From assembly GCA_001179505.1 (NCBI GenBank), contig CDMY01000471.1, forward strand, positions 6,057 to 70,056: a stretch of DNA of 64,000 nucleotides, read 5' to 3'. The notes beneath the pieces were generated by a model. That model worked only from the letters and a program-made list of their open reading frames with translations, searched no databases and was not told the origin of the DNA. Positions 62,845 through 64,000 of this stretch are shown piece after piece. Positions within the stretch are counted from its first letter, which is position 1, and each line of letters starts with the position of its first letter. The position numbers and the translations under genes are program-made. This DNA is from Vitrella brassicaformis CCMP3155 (taxonomy: Eukaryota; Protista; Chromerida).

Positions 62845-63225
62845 CGAATGACAGGGGACATATATGTATGGCTTGACTAGATTGTTGCGTGCGATTGAAT
62901 TCATCTTCCACAACTTGGTGCATTCACACGTGTGAGCATGTGTATCTGTCATGCAGTGCAGTCAGTGAACCCAGTCCCTCCATCTCATCTACTCACATGT
63001 CGCTGCAGGTGAGGTGAGTCCTCCCCACCAACGCAGCCAAGCTAATCAGCCTGCACACTCGATCGCTGCTGAGTTTATCACTGCCAGCACCACCAGTCTA
63101 CCCAACAGCTCACCTGCACACACACACAGACGCACCAATGTCATCCGGGCACTCGAGGCAGGCATCTTGTGCCTATATGAGTGTCTCTTCCCCACTGTGG
63201 CTCACTTGTGTGTGTCTCCTCTCCT

Positions 63226-64000
63226 CTACTGTGGTATGATGTTGGCGAGGCAGTGTCTCGTCAACAGGGTGCGGGTCAATGACATCGCGGTGGGGAACTG
63301 GTCAGACAGCCGCGTGTGGCCCTCGAGCTCCGCCTCGGTCGTAAAGAGGTTGATGCTGCCGGCGCACACCCACAGGTAGGCAGAAATGGCGTCACATTCC
63401 TTCATGCCCTTGAACATGATCAATCGCCGCCGCTCATTCCTGATGTAGTCGACGGTCTTGTGGCCGTCGATGGGACCGGTCAGCAGCGACCGATACCGCT
63501 CATCGCCCTCGTCCACTGTCGCCTCGAATACCTCCTTCTCTCCCACCCCCTCTTGGCCAAACCACTCGAACAACACCATCCACTTCATGAGGGCCGTGAA
63601 CGAAGGGAAGAGGTAGTCCTGGCGGCGAATTGGCGGGTTGTGGGGGTCGTATGTGTGGCGGTAGGGATGCTGGGGAGGGAGGCCGGACTTGGGCACGGTC
63701 TCGAACTCCCACTCTTCCTCGCCGTCCTCGCCACTCCCGATGCGATACCGCTGCCGTGTCACCCCGCCGTCCCGCTCTCCCTCGCCGTCCTCTCCATCCT
63801 CTCCATCCCCCCTCTCGGCCTCCTTCTTGCCCTCATCGCCATCGTCGGCCTCATCCACCTTTGTGAGCGCCAGACTGGTCCCCTTGTAGTTGAGGAGGTG
63901 GCCGAATGTGCTGCACTGGCGAAGGGCGAGGGGCATGGTGTGGAAGTCGGCCTTGGTGGGCAGGTGGGCCGCCATCCACTGGTGCGACATGATCAGCGGC
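63226..64000 (-). CDS. Lineage-specific family copy, 5' part outside the window
   Basis: PLIMSHQWMAAHLPTKADF..HCLANIIPQ*, highly similar to the copies at 35 and 42 kb. Confidence 0.8.
   Translation of the reverse strand, partial: PLIMSHQWMAAHLPTKADFHTMPLALRQCSTFGHLLNYKGTSLALTKVDEADDGDEGKKEAERGDGEDGEDGEGERDGGVTRQRYRIGSGEDGEEEWEFETVPKSGLPPQHPYRHTYDPHNPPIRRQDYLFPSFTALMKWMVLFEWFGQEGVGEKEVFEATVDEGDERYRSLLTGPIDGHKTVDYIRNERRRLIMFKGMKECDAISAYLWVCAGSINLFTTEAELEGHTRLSDQFPTAMSLTRTLLTRHCLANIIPQ

Larger units (their letters stand above)
400..63200. repeat. Pervasive short microsatellites (CA/TG, CAGA/TCTG, GATG, GGAG, CAGT, CAGG) in introns and intergenic DNA
   Basis: Seen in nearly every intron, with TG/TCTG tracts on the sense strand before acceptors. 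Confidence 0.95.

Noticed and set aside
1-64000. tRNA, rRNA, operons, rho-independent terminators
   Set aside because: No cloverleaf or rRNA signatures were recognised, and the gene structure is eukaryotic.

Overview
Eukaryotic, GC-rich, very intron-dense DNA with microsatellite-filled introns. An alveolin, a ciliate-type tetraspanin and the expanded protein families point to a chromerid alveolate, most likely Vitrella brassicaformis (inference). I can support 19 genes or pseudogenes, reconstructed by hand across GT-AG introns: a lipase, SNAPC1, a Zn-finger protein, a tetraspanin, an F-box/LRR/ankyrin protein, a membrane-anchored SET protein, an alveolin, an ankyrin-RING protein, CFAP299, PTGES2, an MFS transporter, two more ankyrin proteins and six copies of a lineage-specific family (three frameshifted). 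There are four 300-N gaps. Main findings: (1) a 937-bp non-autonomous CACTA-type foldback transposon inside a coding exon, whose ends carry splice sites that would remove it in frame (introner-like); (2) strict -/+ strand alternation of all 19 genes into nine head-to-head pairs with 212-574 bp spacers; (3) a dense + strand array of G-U-tolerant stem-loops at about 26 kb; (4) pre-miRNA-like hairpins at 55.9 kb and 0.2 kb. Exon boundaries are manual and approximate, and no searches were run.
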